From: Mobula birostris
Taxonomy: Eukaryota
DNA: 64,000 nt
Direction: 5' to 3'
Assembly (NCBI RefSeq): GCF_030028105.1
Contig: NC_092371.1
Span: 96,127,064 to 96,191,063 of the forward strand
The notes beneath the pieces were generated by a model. That model searched no databases, had not been told where the DNA came from, and saw only the letters and a list, made by a program, of their open reading frames with translations. Shown piece after piece: positions 25,101-36,425 of this stretch; the stretch's first letter is position 1, and the number at the start of each line of letters is the position of its first letter. The translations under genes were made by a program, and so were the position numbers.

Positions 25101-28100
25101 TGGCAAAATCTGCAAGAACGAATGCGGCTTGAAGATCCACCGAGCGAGGATGAAGTGTTTGGCGGGAGCAGGAGCAGCACAATGCGCAGGTGTCCAACCT
25201 GGTGAGACGAAGGAGGTGTCAGGCCTGGAGTCACGCCATAGTGCCCGGAACCTCCAAGTGTTGCAAACTAATCCCTCTAAAATCAAGTCGAACAGGAATC
25301 GGATCAAATGGCCTGCAGCTAACATGACTTCACTGTGGAAGCAGTTTAATGAAGATGTCAACCAAATTCTAGAGGCAACGGCGATGGGAGCGGTCGATAA
25401 GTAGCTGAAAGCCATGACAACAATCATTGTCAGCATTGCAGCTGAACAGTTCGGAGAAGAGGAGAAGATAGGCTCCGAAACACCTTACTCGAAGAACCAA
25501 AGAGCGTTGAGGATCCACAACATCAGGCAGGAGATGAAAGGGCTGAAGCCCCAATACAAGGAGGCAGAAGAAGAAGAGCGCATTGGCTTGGCCCGGCTGA
25601 TGTGCATACTACGAAAGAAAATCAGGGTCCTCCGCCGGGCAGAGTGGCATCGGAGGCGGCGTCGTGAAAGGGCCCGAAAACGTGCTGCCTTTATCGGCAA
25701 CCCCTTCAAGTTCACCCAGGAGTTGCTGGGGGAGAAGCGCAGTGGGAAATTGACCTGTTCGCAGGAAGACATAGACCAACATCTGAAGAAGATATATAAT
25801 GATCCTGAAAGAGAGCAGGAGTTGGGAGTGTGCAACACCCTAATAGACCCACCTGAACCGGATGTGCAGTTCGACATGTCAGAACTGCAGCTAAAGGAAG
25901 TCAGAGAGTTCCTCCGCAAAGCAAGAACAAGATCGGCTCCAGGACCAAGCAGCACCTCGTACAAAGTGTACAAGAACTGTCCCAAACTCCTGCTGCGTCT
26001 TTAAAAGATCCTGCGACTCTTCTGGAGAAGGGAGAAGGTCCCAGAACAGTGGAGAGTGGCTGAAGGGGTGTGGATCCCGAAGGAGGACAATGCCACCCAG
26101 ATAGATCAGTTTCGCATCATCTCCCTGCTGTGTGTTGAGGTGAAGATCTTCTTCAGTGCCGTTTCTAACCGGCTGTGCACCTACCTAGCAAAGAACACCT
26201 AAATTGATACATCAGTCTAGAAGGGTGGTATTTCAAGGCTGCCAGGCTGTCTGAAGCACATCGGTGTGGTGACACAGCTCATCAGGGAGGCCAGAGAGAA
26301 CAAGGGCAACCTGTCAGTGTTGTGGCTTTACCTGGCAAATGCATATGGCTCCATTCGCACAAGCTGGTGCAGCTCACACTGTCCAAATATCAGGTCCCCA
26401 GCAGAATCAGAGACCTTATTGCTGATTATTACAGCAACTTCAGGATGAGGGTCTCTTCAGGAGCAATTACATCAACCTGGCACAAGGTGGAGATCGGCAT
26501 CATCACAGGGTGCACTATCTCAGTGACACTGTTCTCCCTAGCCATGAACATGCTCACTAAGTCTGCTGAACCAGAGTGCAGAGGACCCAGAATGAATTCC
26601 GCACAATGGAAACCACCTATCAGGACATTCATGGATGACCTCACAGTCACCAGTGAAACAGCCCCAGGTTGCCAGTGGATTCTGCAGGGGCTCGAAAACC
26701 TGGTGGAGTGGGCCCGGATGCGTTTCAAACCAGCCAAATCAAGATCGATGGTGCTGAGGAAAGGGAAGGTGGAGAACAAGTTCCGGTTCAGCATTGCAGG
26801 CACAGCCATCCCAACCATCACAGAAAAGCCAGTCAAGAGTTTAGGCAAGGATATTGACAGCTCTTTAAGGGACACGACATCCATTCAGGCGACCTGCACC
26901 GCGTTGGATGGCTGACCGAAATCTGTGGACAAGTCTAGCCTACCTGGGAAGTTTAAAGCCTGAGTTATCAACATGGAATTCTTCCCAGAATCCTGTGGCC
27001 CCTCCTCGTCTATGCAGTTCCAATCTCGATAGTCAAAACCTTAGAGAAGAGGGTTAGCAACCACCTCAAGAGATGGCTGGGGCTGCCAAAGAGCCTGAGC
27101 AGCATCGCACTCTATGGACACCACAACAAACTGCAACTGCCCTTCAAATCCTTGAAGGAAGAATTCAAGATTACAAGAGTCAGATAAGTGATACAGTATA
27201 AGGACTCAAGTGATCCGAAGGTGGCAACAGCAGGAATCCACGTGAGGAATGGCAGGAAATGGAGGGTGGAGGAAGCTGTTCAGGAAGGAGAGGCAAAGCT
27301 GCGTCACAGGAGGCTGGTGGAAGTGGTCACACGAGGCCGAGCTGGGCTAGGATCCTTTCCAACTCCCCAGATGGACACCAGAGGGAAGGAAAGGTGTCGT
27401 CTAGTTCAGGAGGAGGTGAGGGCAGTAGTGGAGGAGATGAGAGCCTGCAAGGCGGTGGGAATGAAGCAACAAGGAGCTTGGACAAGATGGGAGAATGCGG
27501 TTGAGAGGAAAGTGACCTGGGCTGATCTTTGGAAAGCCGAACCACACCGTATCCAATTTCTCATCCAGGCAGTGTAAGATGTGCTTCCAAGCCCTTCAAA
27601 CCTGCACACATGGGGCAAGGCAGAGTCATCTGTGTGCCCAATGTGCTCCAAGCGAGGAACCCTGGAGCACATCCTCAGCGGCTGCGCAAGGGCACTTAAA
27701 GAGGGACGGTACAGGTGGAGGCATGATCAGGTCCTGAAGACCATCGCTGAAGCCGTCAGCGCAGGAGTTGAGTGGGCGAAGCGGTCCTGATCCTCCAAGC
27801 AGACCATTGCCTTTGTCAGAGCTTGGAAGCAGCCAATATTCGCCAAAAGAGCATCGGCAGACATCCTGACCTCTGCAAGGGATTGGCAGCTGTTGGTAGA
27901 CCTCGAAACGGCAGCTGAAGTTCCCCAACCATATCGTAGCCACCACCCTGCGACCAGTCATTGTCCTTGTGTCTGAGTCTACTAAGCAAGTGGTGCTGCT
28001 GGAGCTGACAGTCCAATGGGAAGATCGCTTAGAAGAGGCCTTTGAAAGGAAGCTCTCCAAGTACGCAGGACTGGTCAGCAACTGTGAGCAGGCTGGATGG

Positions 28101-28430
28101 AGAGCGAGGTGCCTCCCAGTGGAGTTTGGTTGGAGGGGATTCGCAGCCCGTTCCTTAGCTAGAGCCTTCAGCAATTTAGGCAACGAGGGAGAGAGGAAGA
28201 GGAGAGCCATCCGCCCTACCACCGATGCAGCAGAGAGATCCTCAAGATGGCTGTGGCTCAAAAGAGGGGAGCCATGGAGTCATAAGTAGCTAGCCATCTG
28301 GACACAAGCTGGGTCTGATCAGCCCCGGCTGGGTCACCTGGAGGAGGGTGTATGATGTTGAAAGACCCGAAACACCCGATGATTCCAGGAACATCACTAA
28401 AGGTATGTCCAGAGGCATCAGTAGATATAT
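25099..28430 (+). mobile_element. Hero-like non-LTR retrotransposon (RT + restriction-like endonuclease), disrupted
   Basis: N-terminal GKICKNECGLKIHRARMKC zinc-finger remnant; LANAYGSI and FMDDLTV RT motifs; CPMCSKRGTLEHILSGC..RYRWRHDQVL CCHC; LRP(V)IVLVSESTKQVVLLELTV..KLSKY RLE; multiple stops and frameshifts. Confidence 0.85.
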
Positions 28431-28544
28431 GTACACAGTCACCACTAATGTTAGGCTCGCCAGGCTGCAATTCCGTAGCTTATCCTTAAAGTTTCACTAA
28501 AATAAAGATGCAACATCAGTCAACTTTCAGATGTCCAAACAACA

Positions 28545-28890
28545 CTTAGAAACAGAAAGACATAGCAAACCTACAGCACAGTACAGGCCCTTCGGCCCAC
28601 GAAGCTGTACCGAACATATCCTTACCTTAGAACCACCTCAGCTTACCCACAGCCCTCTATTCTTCTAAGTTCCATGTACCAATTCAGGAGTCTCTTAAAA
28701 GACCCTATCGTATCCGCCTCCACCGTCGCTGACAGCCTATCACGTACTCTCCACTCTCTGCGTAACCAACCTACCCCTGACATCTCCTCTGTACCTACTT
28801 TCAAGCACCTTAAATCTGTGTCCTCTCGTGCTATCCATTTCAGTCCTGGGAAAAAGCCTTTGCCTATCCACATGATCAATGCTTCTCATT
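28545..28890 (-). mobile_element. CR1 3' fragment inserted in block X
   Basis: CCTACAGCACAGTACAGGCCCTTCGGCCCAC tail; VEADTIGSFKRLL motif. Confidence 0.75.
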
Positions 28891-29410
28891 ATCGTGTCAG
28901 CTTCTCATTATCTTGTCTGCAAAGGAACCAGCAAACTGCACCCAAGCTTGCTACATGTCTTGGGATACAGATAACAAGATCCCGGGATTTATTCACCGTT
29001 GTCCTCTTCAAAAATGCAAACAGGGATTTTGCATAATATCATTACCTTTCAAGGCATCACTGTGCTCGTCCTTGAGTTTGCCCGCTTCAATGACTTTTCC
29101 TCTTTAAAGTAGAATAGAAGCATTCATTTAGGTCCTCCTTTGTCTCGACAATCAAATTAATTCCAAAGTGGACCTTTTCTCTCCCCAGTTGCTTTTTTTT
29201 TGTTCTTTATATATTTAAAGAATCTCTTATGATCAACTTACCGGTCAAGATGTCTTCTGTCCCATTTCGCTCCTGATTTCGTGATTAACTGGACTCCAGC
29301 AGTCCTTATTTTCCACAACAGTTTTTGCTACATGCCAGTTGGCTATTCCTTTCTCTTCAGCAGACTGCAATCTCCCTCCATCAGTTATGGCTCCTGAATT
29401 CTACCTACTG

Positions 29411-30543
29411 ATGTTCCTTCAGGCTACTTTGATTAATGTTACTGTAAGAGCAAATAGAATTCGCATCATGTACGTTTTTTTCCAATGTCCGTAGGGTTTA
29501 TGTCACTTTCACTGCTATATTGGCCCTGAATTATCTGTATCTCATTTTCAAAAGCTTCCGACTTGCCAAACTTCACTATGCCTACTAACAGCTTCTCCGA
29601 ATTGATCTTTGAGAGTTTTGGTCTAATCCCATCAAATTTTGCTTTGCTCCAATTTCGGCCTTGAAATTGAGAACTAACCGTGTCTCTTTTTGAAAACTCC
29701 TTTAAAATCTAATGGAATTATGGCCACTGGCTCCAAACGGCCCCCACCAGTCACTTGCCAAGTCTCATTTCCTAAGAGGAAGTCGATTCTGGTGCTGGAA
29801 TAGAAACAATGGGTCTCTTTAACTAAATTCCATATTTAGTTTCAGGATACGGTGCTACTGCAGAATTCTCATCATCTGTTGAAGATTGTTACTCACTGAC
29901 GGGCAGTGTCGCAGCTTTTCTTTCCATCTACCTCGTGTTGTCCTGGCCATGTCAGTGTTTATCCCGATATTGTAAGTGAAATGCCTTTGTTTTTAACTCA
30001 CCATACTCGTATCCTTGTAGTATGTGAAAGGAAAATGTACAGAAATGAATTTTACTATTGAAAATTCGAGGAGATAATAATTGGAGAAAGTAAAGGAGAT
30101 TTACTCTGTACCTTATTCGTGCACTAATTTATTCCGTGGCCTTTGAAACACTCACAAAAAAGTACCTCAAGAATCAGATGCAAAATAAATTACCCTCCAC
30201 ACAACTCTGTCAAATACTCCCAGGTCAGGAAAAGTGTGGTTTAGCTATTGGAAAATAACCTGAAACGTGCTGCATCGATTACTGTGGAAACATATCGATT
30301 ATATGAAGTTGAGGAGGGATGTGTCAGCCACGCAACCCTATGCAGCAGATAATGTCTCCAAATAATCGCCCGAATCCAGTAATTTATCCTTTCAAGATAA
30401 CCTGGATGATTGCTGCAAGTGTAAATTAGTTTATTGCAAATTATTATATGTTCCTTCAGGCTACTTTGATTAATGTTACTGTAAGAACAAATAGAATTCG
30501 CATCATGTACGTTTTTTTCCAATGTTCGTAGGGTTTATGTCAC
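29411..30543 (+). repeat. 96-bp direct repeat pair (29411-29506 and 30448-30543)
   Basis: ATGTTCCTTCAGGCTAC...GGGTTTATGTCAC, two mismatches by eye. Confidence 0.9.
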
Positions 30544-32382
30544 CTGTACCACAGCAATCTATGTTGAGGTGATACAAAACTCCGTGGAAACGATCGTTTC
30601 TGTTGTTCATCATCCCGGTACATGATAGAAGACTTGCAATTGTTCGCTCTATTTGGTAACAACGATGTACTTATTTCTATTAGAGTTGTGTGCCGAAAGT
30701 TTAAGTGCAGCTGTTGCTTTCAAGTTAATATCATCCGGCACTTTGTTAACGTGCATATAGATGGATTTAATTTGCAAGCAACAAATCTCAGTGGTTTTCT
30801 GTTTGGAAATAGCGACCACGTGATGGCGATATCTTATTCGGAAAGAGTTTTGTCACTTATCGATTGATAGAATAAGTTCGCTGACTCGCTTTCTTATGTA
30901 AAAATCTGTTGCAAAGAGGACATGAACTTCTCGGGTTCGGAATGGTTCTTTAAATTCTGTGTTGTTTTGTGATATTTGGGTAGCTGCTGGTTGCCAGATT
31001 CCAATTCTGGGGTCCGACAGGAATTGAGAGATATGCTGGAGTAACTCGGGATTCCTGGCATAATCTATTCTAACTGACCCTTTCAATTTCATTGTGTTAA
31101 ACGTCCTCTCTTCTTATGCCCCTGAAAATGACACAGAACTGTAGAGTTTGTTCTCCTATTCTCTAAGGAATAAGGGAAGCACTTAAAAATAGAATAATAA
31201 CACTCATGGATTAAATATTTGATGTAAAATTCATAATCCTGCTAATAGCTCTTCATGTACCGGACTTATATACTTTGCAATTTGCTATGTTCGATGGTTT
31301 GAATATTGTTAAGACTTAAGAATTTCTTTCCCTGTTCACTTCTTCTTCCTTTTCTGTGAGACAAATAAAATTAAAACATTCACTTTCAGGATGTCTGCTT
31401 AATTCATATAAACACATCATCAACTTTATTTGCACTGTTGTATGACGTGGGCGGTCATGCCATTATCCATGAAATGATTATTCTTCACAATTTTTGAACA
31501 GAAGTGGTTGCCATTGCTTTCTCCTGGGCAGTATCTTTTCAAGACGGGTGAACACAGCCATTGTCAATACTCTTCAGAGATTGTCTGCCTGGCGTCAGTG
31601 GTCACATAACCAGGACTTGTGATATCCATCAGTTCCTCATACGGCCATCCACCGCCTGCTCCCCGCTTCACGTGACATTGATCGTGGGGTTAAGCAGCTA
31701 CGACACATTACCTTAGGGTGACCCGCTGGCTAGCGGTGGGATGGAGCGCCTCACATCCCCTTTGGTAAAGACGTATCTTTATCCCATCACAGCTATGTAC
31801 ATTACATGGTATAAGGCACCTGTGGTTACATGTAAATAGAGTTCCCCATATTGACCAAAGGTTGGCAGAATTTATAGTGAACCACCCTCGGCACCAACTG
31901 AATCATTTGATCCACTTTTACTTATTCATAATACGCAATAAGCTCGCTAGTCGATTCAATACATTTATCAATTTTCCTTCTGAATGTCTTCAGTAAAGTG
32001 AATGATTTGGGTGCTGCTGGAAAATAGGCTTTCCAAAATCACCGCAAACCCTTTACATCTGTTTGGCAGTGAGTTTTCTAAAAATATACAGACAAGTGGC
32101 TTGGACTTTATTAACAACCCTACAGATCTGTTAATAATTGCCAATATTTTTTTCTTCGTCTCTCGCTATCAAAAATCTCGGACACACCACCTTAAAAAAG
32201 GGTGCAAGCTTCGCGTATAGTGTGCAAACTGTCGCGACAAGAAGACAAGTTCTTTATCTAAAATACATTGGTGAAATACACAACTCGAAACCAAATGCTT
32301 GGCTAACAACATGAAAATAATTTAACACAGGAAAAAGTTGGCAACTTGTGATTGGTGTCGATGTGCCATTCTGTTTCAACTG

Positions 32383-32395
32383 ATTTGCATAAATA
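32383..32395 (+). promoter_or_regulatory. Ig promoter octamer ATTTGCAT with adjoining TAAATA (cluster 2)
   Basis: ATTTGCAT at 32383-32390, 117 bp upstream of the leader ATG; ATTGG (reverse CCAAT) at 32351. Confidence 0.9.
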
Positions 32396-32499
32396 GGGAA
32401 CACGCAGTGCCAGCTCGTCACAGGATTCATAAGTGAGCTGAAAGGTTGAGACTCCACTTAACCGCCGCACCTTGTGTGAACTTCACTCAATTAATTACA

Positions 32500-32548
32500 A
32501 TGTCTTGCTGGGTTCGTGTGGTCAGTACGCTGGTGTTCACTGCAATCT
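32500..32548 (+). CDS. IGL: IgL leader exon (cluster 2, intact)
   Basis: 49-nt exon MSCWVRVVSTLVFTAI+T, donor GTGAGT; 124-bp intron ending CTTTTCCAG at 32672; splices in frame to YINA-EVAMNQPP. Confidence 0.93.
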
Positions 32549-32672
32549 GTGAGTATTTTCTATGGACATTATATTGAATCTCGAGCACCATTCAATGATA
32601 TTTTTCTCGCACTTCTGGTATTACTCGAATATTAATCTCGGTACATCGTTTCTTCCCCCTAAACTTTTCCAG

Positions 32673-33017
32673 ATATCAACGCGGAAGTTGCAATGAATCA
32701 GCCACCTTCGAAATCCACATCTGCGGGGCAGAACGTTCAAATATCCTGCACCTTGTCTGGAACCTCTTCAGGAAGTAGCTATGTTTCCTGGTACCAGCAG
32801 ATTCCCGGAATAGTTCCTCGGTATCTGTTCTACTATTATTCGGGGAGCAGCATTTACCGAGGCTCCGGAGTTCCGAATCGTTTCGGCGGCTCAGTATCAG
32901 ACAACACGGCAACATTGACAATATCGAACGTCCAGTCGGAGGATGCGGCAGACTATTACTGTGCTGTGTGGAAAGGCGCTTTAATCTTCGGCAAAGGAAT
33001 GAGGCTGGGAGTTGGCA
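32673..33017 (+). CDS. IGL: Germline-joined lambda-type VJ exon (cluster 2, intact)
   Basis: EVAMNQPPSKSTSAGQNVQISC...WYQQ...EDAADYYCAVWKGALIFGKGMRLGVG; both Cys, Trp and FGxG intact; donor GTAAGT at 33018. Confidence 0.95.
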
Positions 33018-33139
33018 GTAAGTAAAATATCAAATCAATGCGCTTGGCCTTTTGGTACTTACGTGAACAATAATTTAAATTGTGTCATCTAAGAGTGGCT
33101 TCGAAACAAATAGTGGCATTTTTCAAATATCCAGCCACG

Positions 33140-33822
33140 GTACACGGTGTATCGGAAGGATAGGCAGGTAGGCAGAGGGGATGGAGTGGCTTTATTGGTA
33201 AGAAATGACATTAAATCATTAGAAATAGGTGACATAGGATCGGAAGGTGCAGAATCTTTTTGGGTTGAGCTAAGAAATCGCAGGGGTAAAAGGACACTGA
33301 TGGCAGTTATATACAGGACTCCTAACAGCTGCAGTGATGTGGGCTACAAATTACAACACGAAATAGAAAAGGCTTGCCAGAAGAGCAGTGTTATGATAAT
33401 TGTGGGGGATTTTAACATGCAAGTAGATTGGGAAAATCAGGTCGACGGAGGAACTGAACGAGTATTTTGCATCAATCTTCACTGAGGAAGACATCAGCAG
33501 TATACCGGACACTCAAGGGTGTCAGGGAAGAGAAGTGTGTGCAGTCACAATTACGTCAGCGAAAGTGCTCAGGAAGTTGAATAGTCTAAGTGTAGATAAA
33601 TCTCCCGGACCAGATGTAAAGCACCCTCGTGTTCTGAAGGAAGTAGCTGTGGAGACTGCGGAGACATTAGCAATGATCTTTCAAAAGTTAATAGATTCTG
33701 GCATGGTTCCGGAAGACTGGAAGATTGCAAATGTCACTCCGCTATTTAAGAAGTGGGCAAGGAAGCAAAGAAGAAATTATAGACCTGTTAGCTTGACATC
33801 GGTGGTTGAGAAGTTGAAAAAT
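33140..33822 (+). mobile_element. CR1 fragment with internal deletion, at the break of the cluster-2 J-C intron
   Basis: YRKDRQVGRGDGVALLV endonuclease piece joined at ~33452 to KSPGPD..PRVLKE; same family as 60508-63130. Confidence 0.85.
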
Positions 33823-33994
33823 AACTGATGGAATTTAACGCTGAGAAGTGCAAGGTGTTGACCTTTGGTAGATCCAACCATGGTAGGTCTTACACAGTGA
33901 ACAGTAGGGCACTTTAGTATGTCGGGGTTAGTGTTGACAAGCCGTACCCTTCTTTCAAAGGTGAAAGTACATTTATGATCATTGTCTACTAAGG

Positions 33995-34395
33995 TGTTGT
34001 TCCTCCAACCTGAGTGTGGCTTCATCTTTAGAGGAGGTCGTGGATAGACATGTCAGAATGGGAATGGGATGTGGAATTAAAATGTTTTGCCACTGGGAGA
34101 TCCTGCTCTCTCTGGCGGACAGAGCATAGATGTTCAGCAAAGCGGTCTCCCAGACTGCGTCGGGTCTCCCCAATATATAAAAGGCCACATCGGGAGCACC
34201 GGACGCTGTATATCACCCCAGCCGACTCGCAGGTGAAGTGTTGCCTCACCTGGAAGGACTGTTTGGGGCCCTGAATGATGGTAAGGGAGGAAGTGTAAGG
34301 GCATGTGTAGCACTTGTTCCGCTTACACGGATAAGTGCCAGGAGGGAGATCAGTGGGGAGGGATGGGGGGGGGGACGTATGGACAAGGGAGTTGC
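33995..34395 (-). mobile_element. Penelope-like element, GIY-YIG endonuclease fragment
   Basis: FTCESAGVIYSVRCSRCGLLYIGETRRSLGDRFAEH...PVAKHFN. Confidence 0.88.
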
Positions 34396-34399
34396 GTAG

Positions 34400-35411
34400 G
34401 GTTAAGGGCTCGTTTTGTTTGGGTAATCGTGGTATTCAGGTAGTTTCAGAGCTACCACGACTACTGTTCACTATCTACGTCAATGATCTGTATACGGAGA
34501 TACAGATCACTCTGGTCAGGTCACTCGTCTGAGTGCTACTGGTCCCATGTAACCCAGTACTACCTCGCGCAAGGTCGGGTGGTCGGCGATTAAACCGGCT
34601 CCCCCACCAGGCTTGCCTGGTGAGGAGGGTGGCTAGACACCCTGCAGGACGAAAAACAAGACCTGTCAAAGGGCGGATGAACTCTCTCGTAGGGTCAACA
34701 ACCACCTAGCAAACACGAGCCGTGAAGCGCGGAGAGGGCATCCCTTGCATCGAAACTTGGTCTGGCTATTCACTGCAACAGAACTTCCCCCAGCCATCTT
34801 GGACCCCACTGTGCCGTTGGATCCGGGAGGGGATGCCGAGAGGGTTGTTCTGGACCTGTGCGACCACCTACTCACCTAAGATCCATTCGCGCACACACTG
34901 TTCCTTTCTGAGGAGTGGGGTACCACCCCACTAACTGACTGAAAGGAACCATCATCACCCTATGGGGTGGATAACCAGGGAGAGAGAGAGTATACGGAGA
35001 CCAAATGCAGGTAGTTTCAGAGCTACCACGACTACCGTTCACAATCTACGTCAACGATCTGTATACGGAGACCAAATGCAGCACATCCAAATGGTTTGCA
35101 TTGTGGGTTGTGAGGAGGATACAGTAAAGTGCCGTGTGAATATAAAGGTGTTGTGGAAATAAGCCTATGAGAAATCTCTCCTTATCTGATAGTTAATTAA
35201 CATGGGTACTGGAATCGGAGGATGACCACTTAAACAGATTCCTGGAGGATATAATGGAACTGATGACATTGGCAACATTGGAGATTGGCGATTCCAAACC
35301 CCTCCTTCGCCCTTCTGATGTTTATCATTCGTTTCCACTTTCTGTGCGTTCCGACCGTATATTAGTTTCTGCATGAAACTTATCTCAAGTTGAAAATCTG
35401 AAGCAGAATAT
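34400..35411. repeat. Block V, paralogous to 60487-60507 + 63131-63651
   Basis: Shared GGGTTAAGGGCTCGTTTT, CCAAATGCAGCACATCCAAAT, CTCCTTATCTGATAGTTAATTAACATGGG and GTTGAAAATCTGAAGCAGAATATAG. Confidence 0.88.
34501..34989 (+). mobile_element. Non-autonomous retroposon (RTE-like/SINE) with (GA)n tail and 11-bp TSD
   Basis: GTATACGGAGA at 34490-34500 and 34990-35000; absent from the paralog near 63195. Confidence 0.75.
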
Positions 35412-36189
35412 AGTGGATCATGGAACGAAAAACGCTCAGCATAATCAACAGCTTTCAGCGGAGTGAATATCATTTGATGTTAGTGATCTTACGAATAATT
35501 CCAGCATTCACAATTGCGTTAAGGCACCCATTCCTTCCGTGCTGCTAATCTCGAGAAGTTAGCCTTACCTGGAAGACAGGATAAATATTACGATATTGCA
35601 AAGTTGAATATTAAGTCGTGACATTTAAAATTAAAAGTCGGTATTCTGACATCTTCTCCGATGCGCTTTTTTTTTGCTCTTCCCTCTGTAGTATAGCAGC
35701 AAGCAAATTTAATATTAATTTGGCTCATGTTATTTCATGTTCCATTATGTATATTGACTATTACTCCAAGATGTTGCTGAAATTGTACACGGTGCTCCCG
35801 AGAGTACGGTACATGTGGAATACTGATTGCAGTCTGTTTCTCTTTACCCAGGATTATTTACACATGATTTGGAATGAATAAAGCATAATTTTACTAGTGT
35901 ACTTCGGTAGTGAAGTCCTATTATCAGACACTTAAGAAGACTGGTACAACATTACCGGATTTCAGCAAAATGGGAGATGATCTCATTGCGACATGCAAAA
36001 TAAAAAGGCTGACAAGATGAACTTTAGAATACGTTTTATCTTGCTGTTTAGGATCGATAAATAAATCACCGAAAATTAATGGAAACATTCTGCGGGAAGG
36101 GCAATAGGACATCATTATAATAGTAAAATAGCATAGTGGAGTCACAATCGCACTTTAACAGGACGGCACCTGAAGATTTTATTTACTTA

Positions 36190-36425
36190 TTTAGACACAT
36201 AGCGTGGAACAGATCCCACTGACCCAATGAGCCTCATAGTCCAGCAGTCTACCTATGAATCCCAGCATAATCACAGGACAATTTACAATCCAGATATTTA
36301 GAATCTGGGAGGAAACCGGATCACCCGGAGGAAACCCGAGAGATCACGGGGAGGAGCATACAAACTCCTTACGGATTAGGTAGGGGTTGAACTCGCAACT
36401 CCAGTACCTCTCAGGCTCGCTATCG
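36190..36425 (-). mobile_element. V-SINE fragment
   Basis: TGGGAGGAAACCGGA.CACCCGGAGGAAACCC is the reverse V-domain. Confidence 0.65.
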
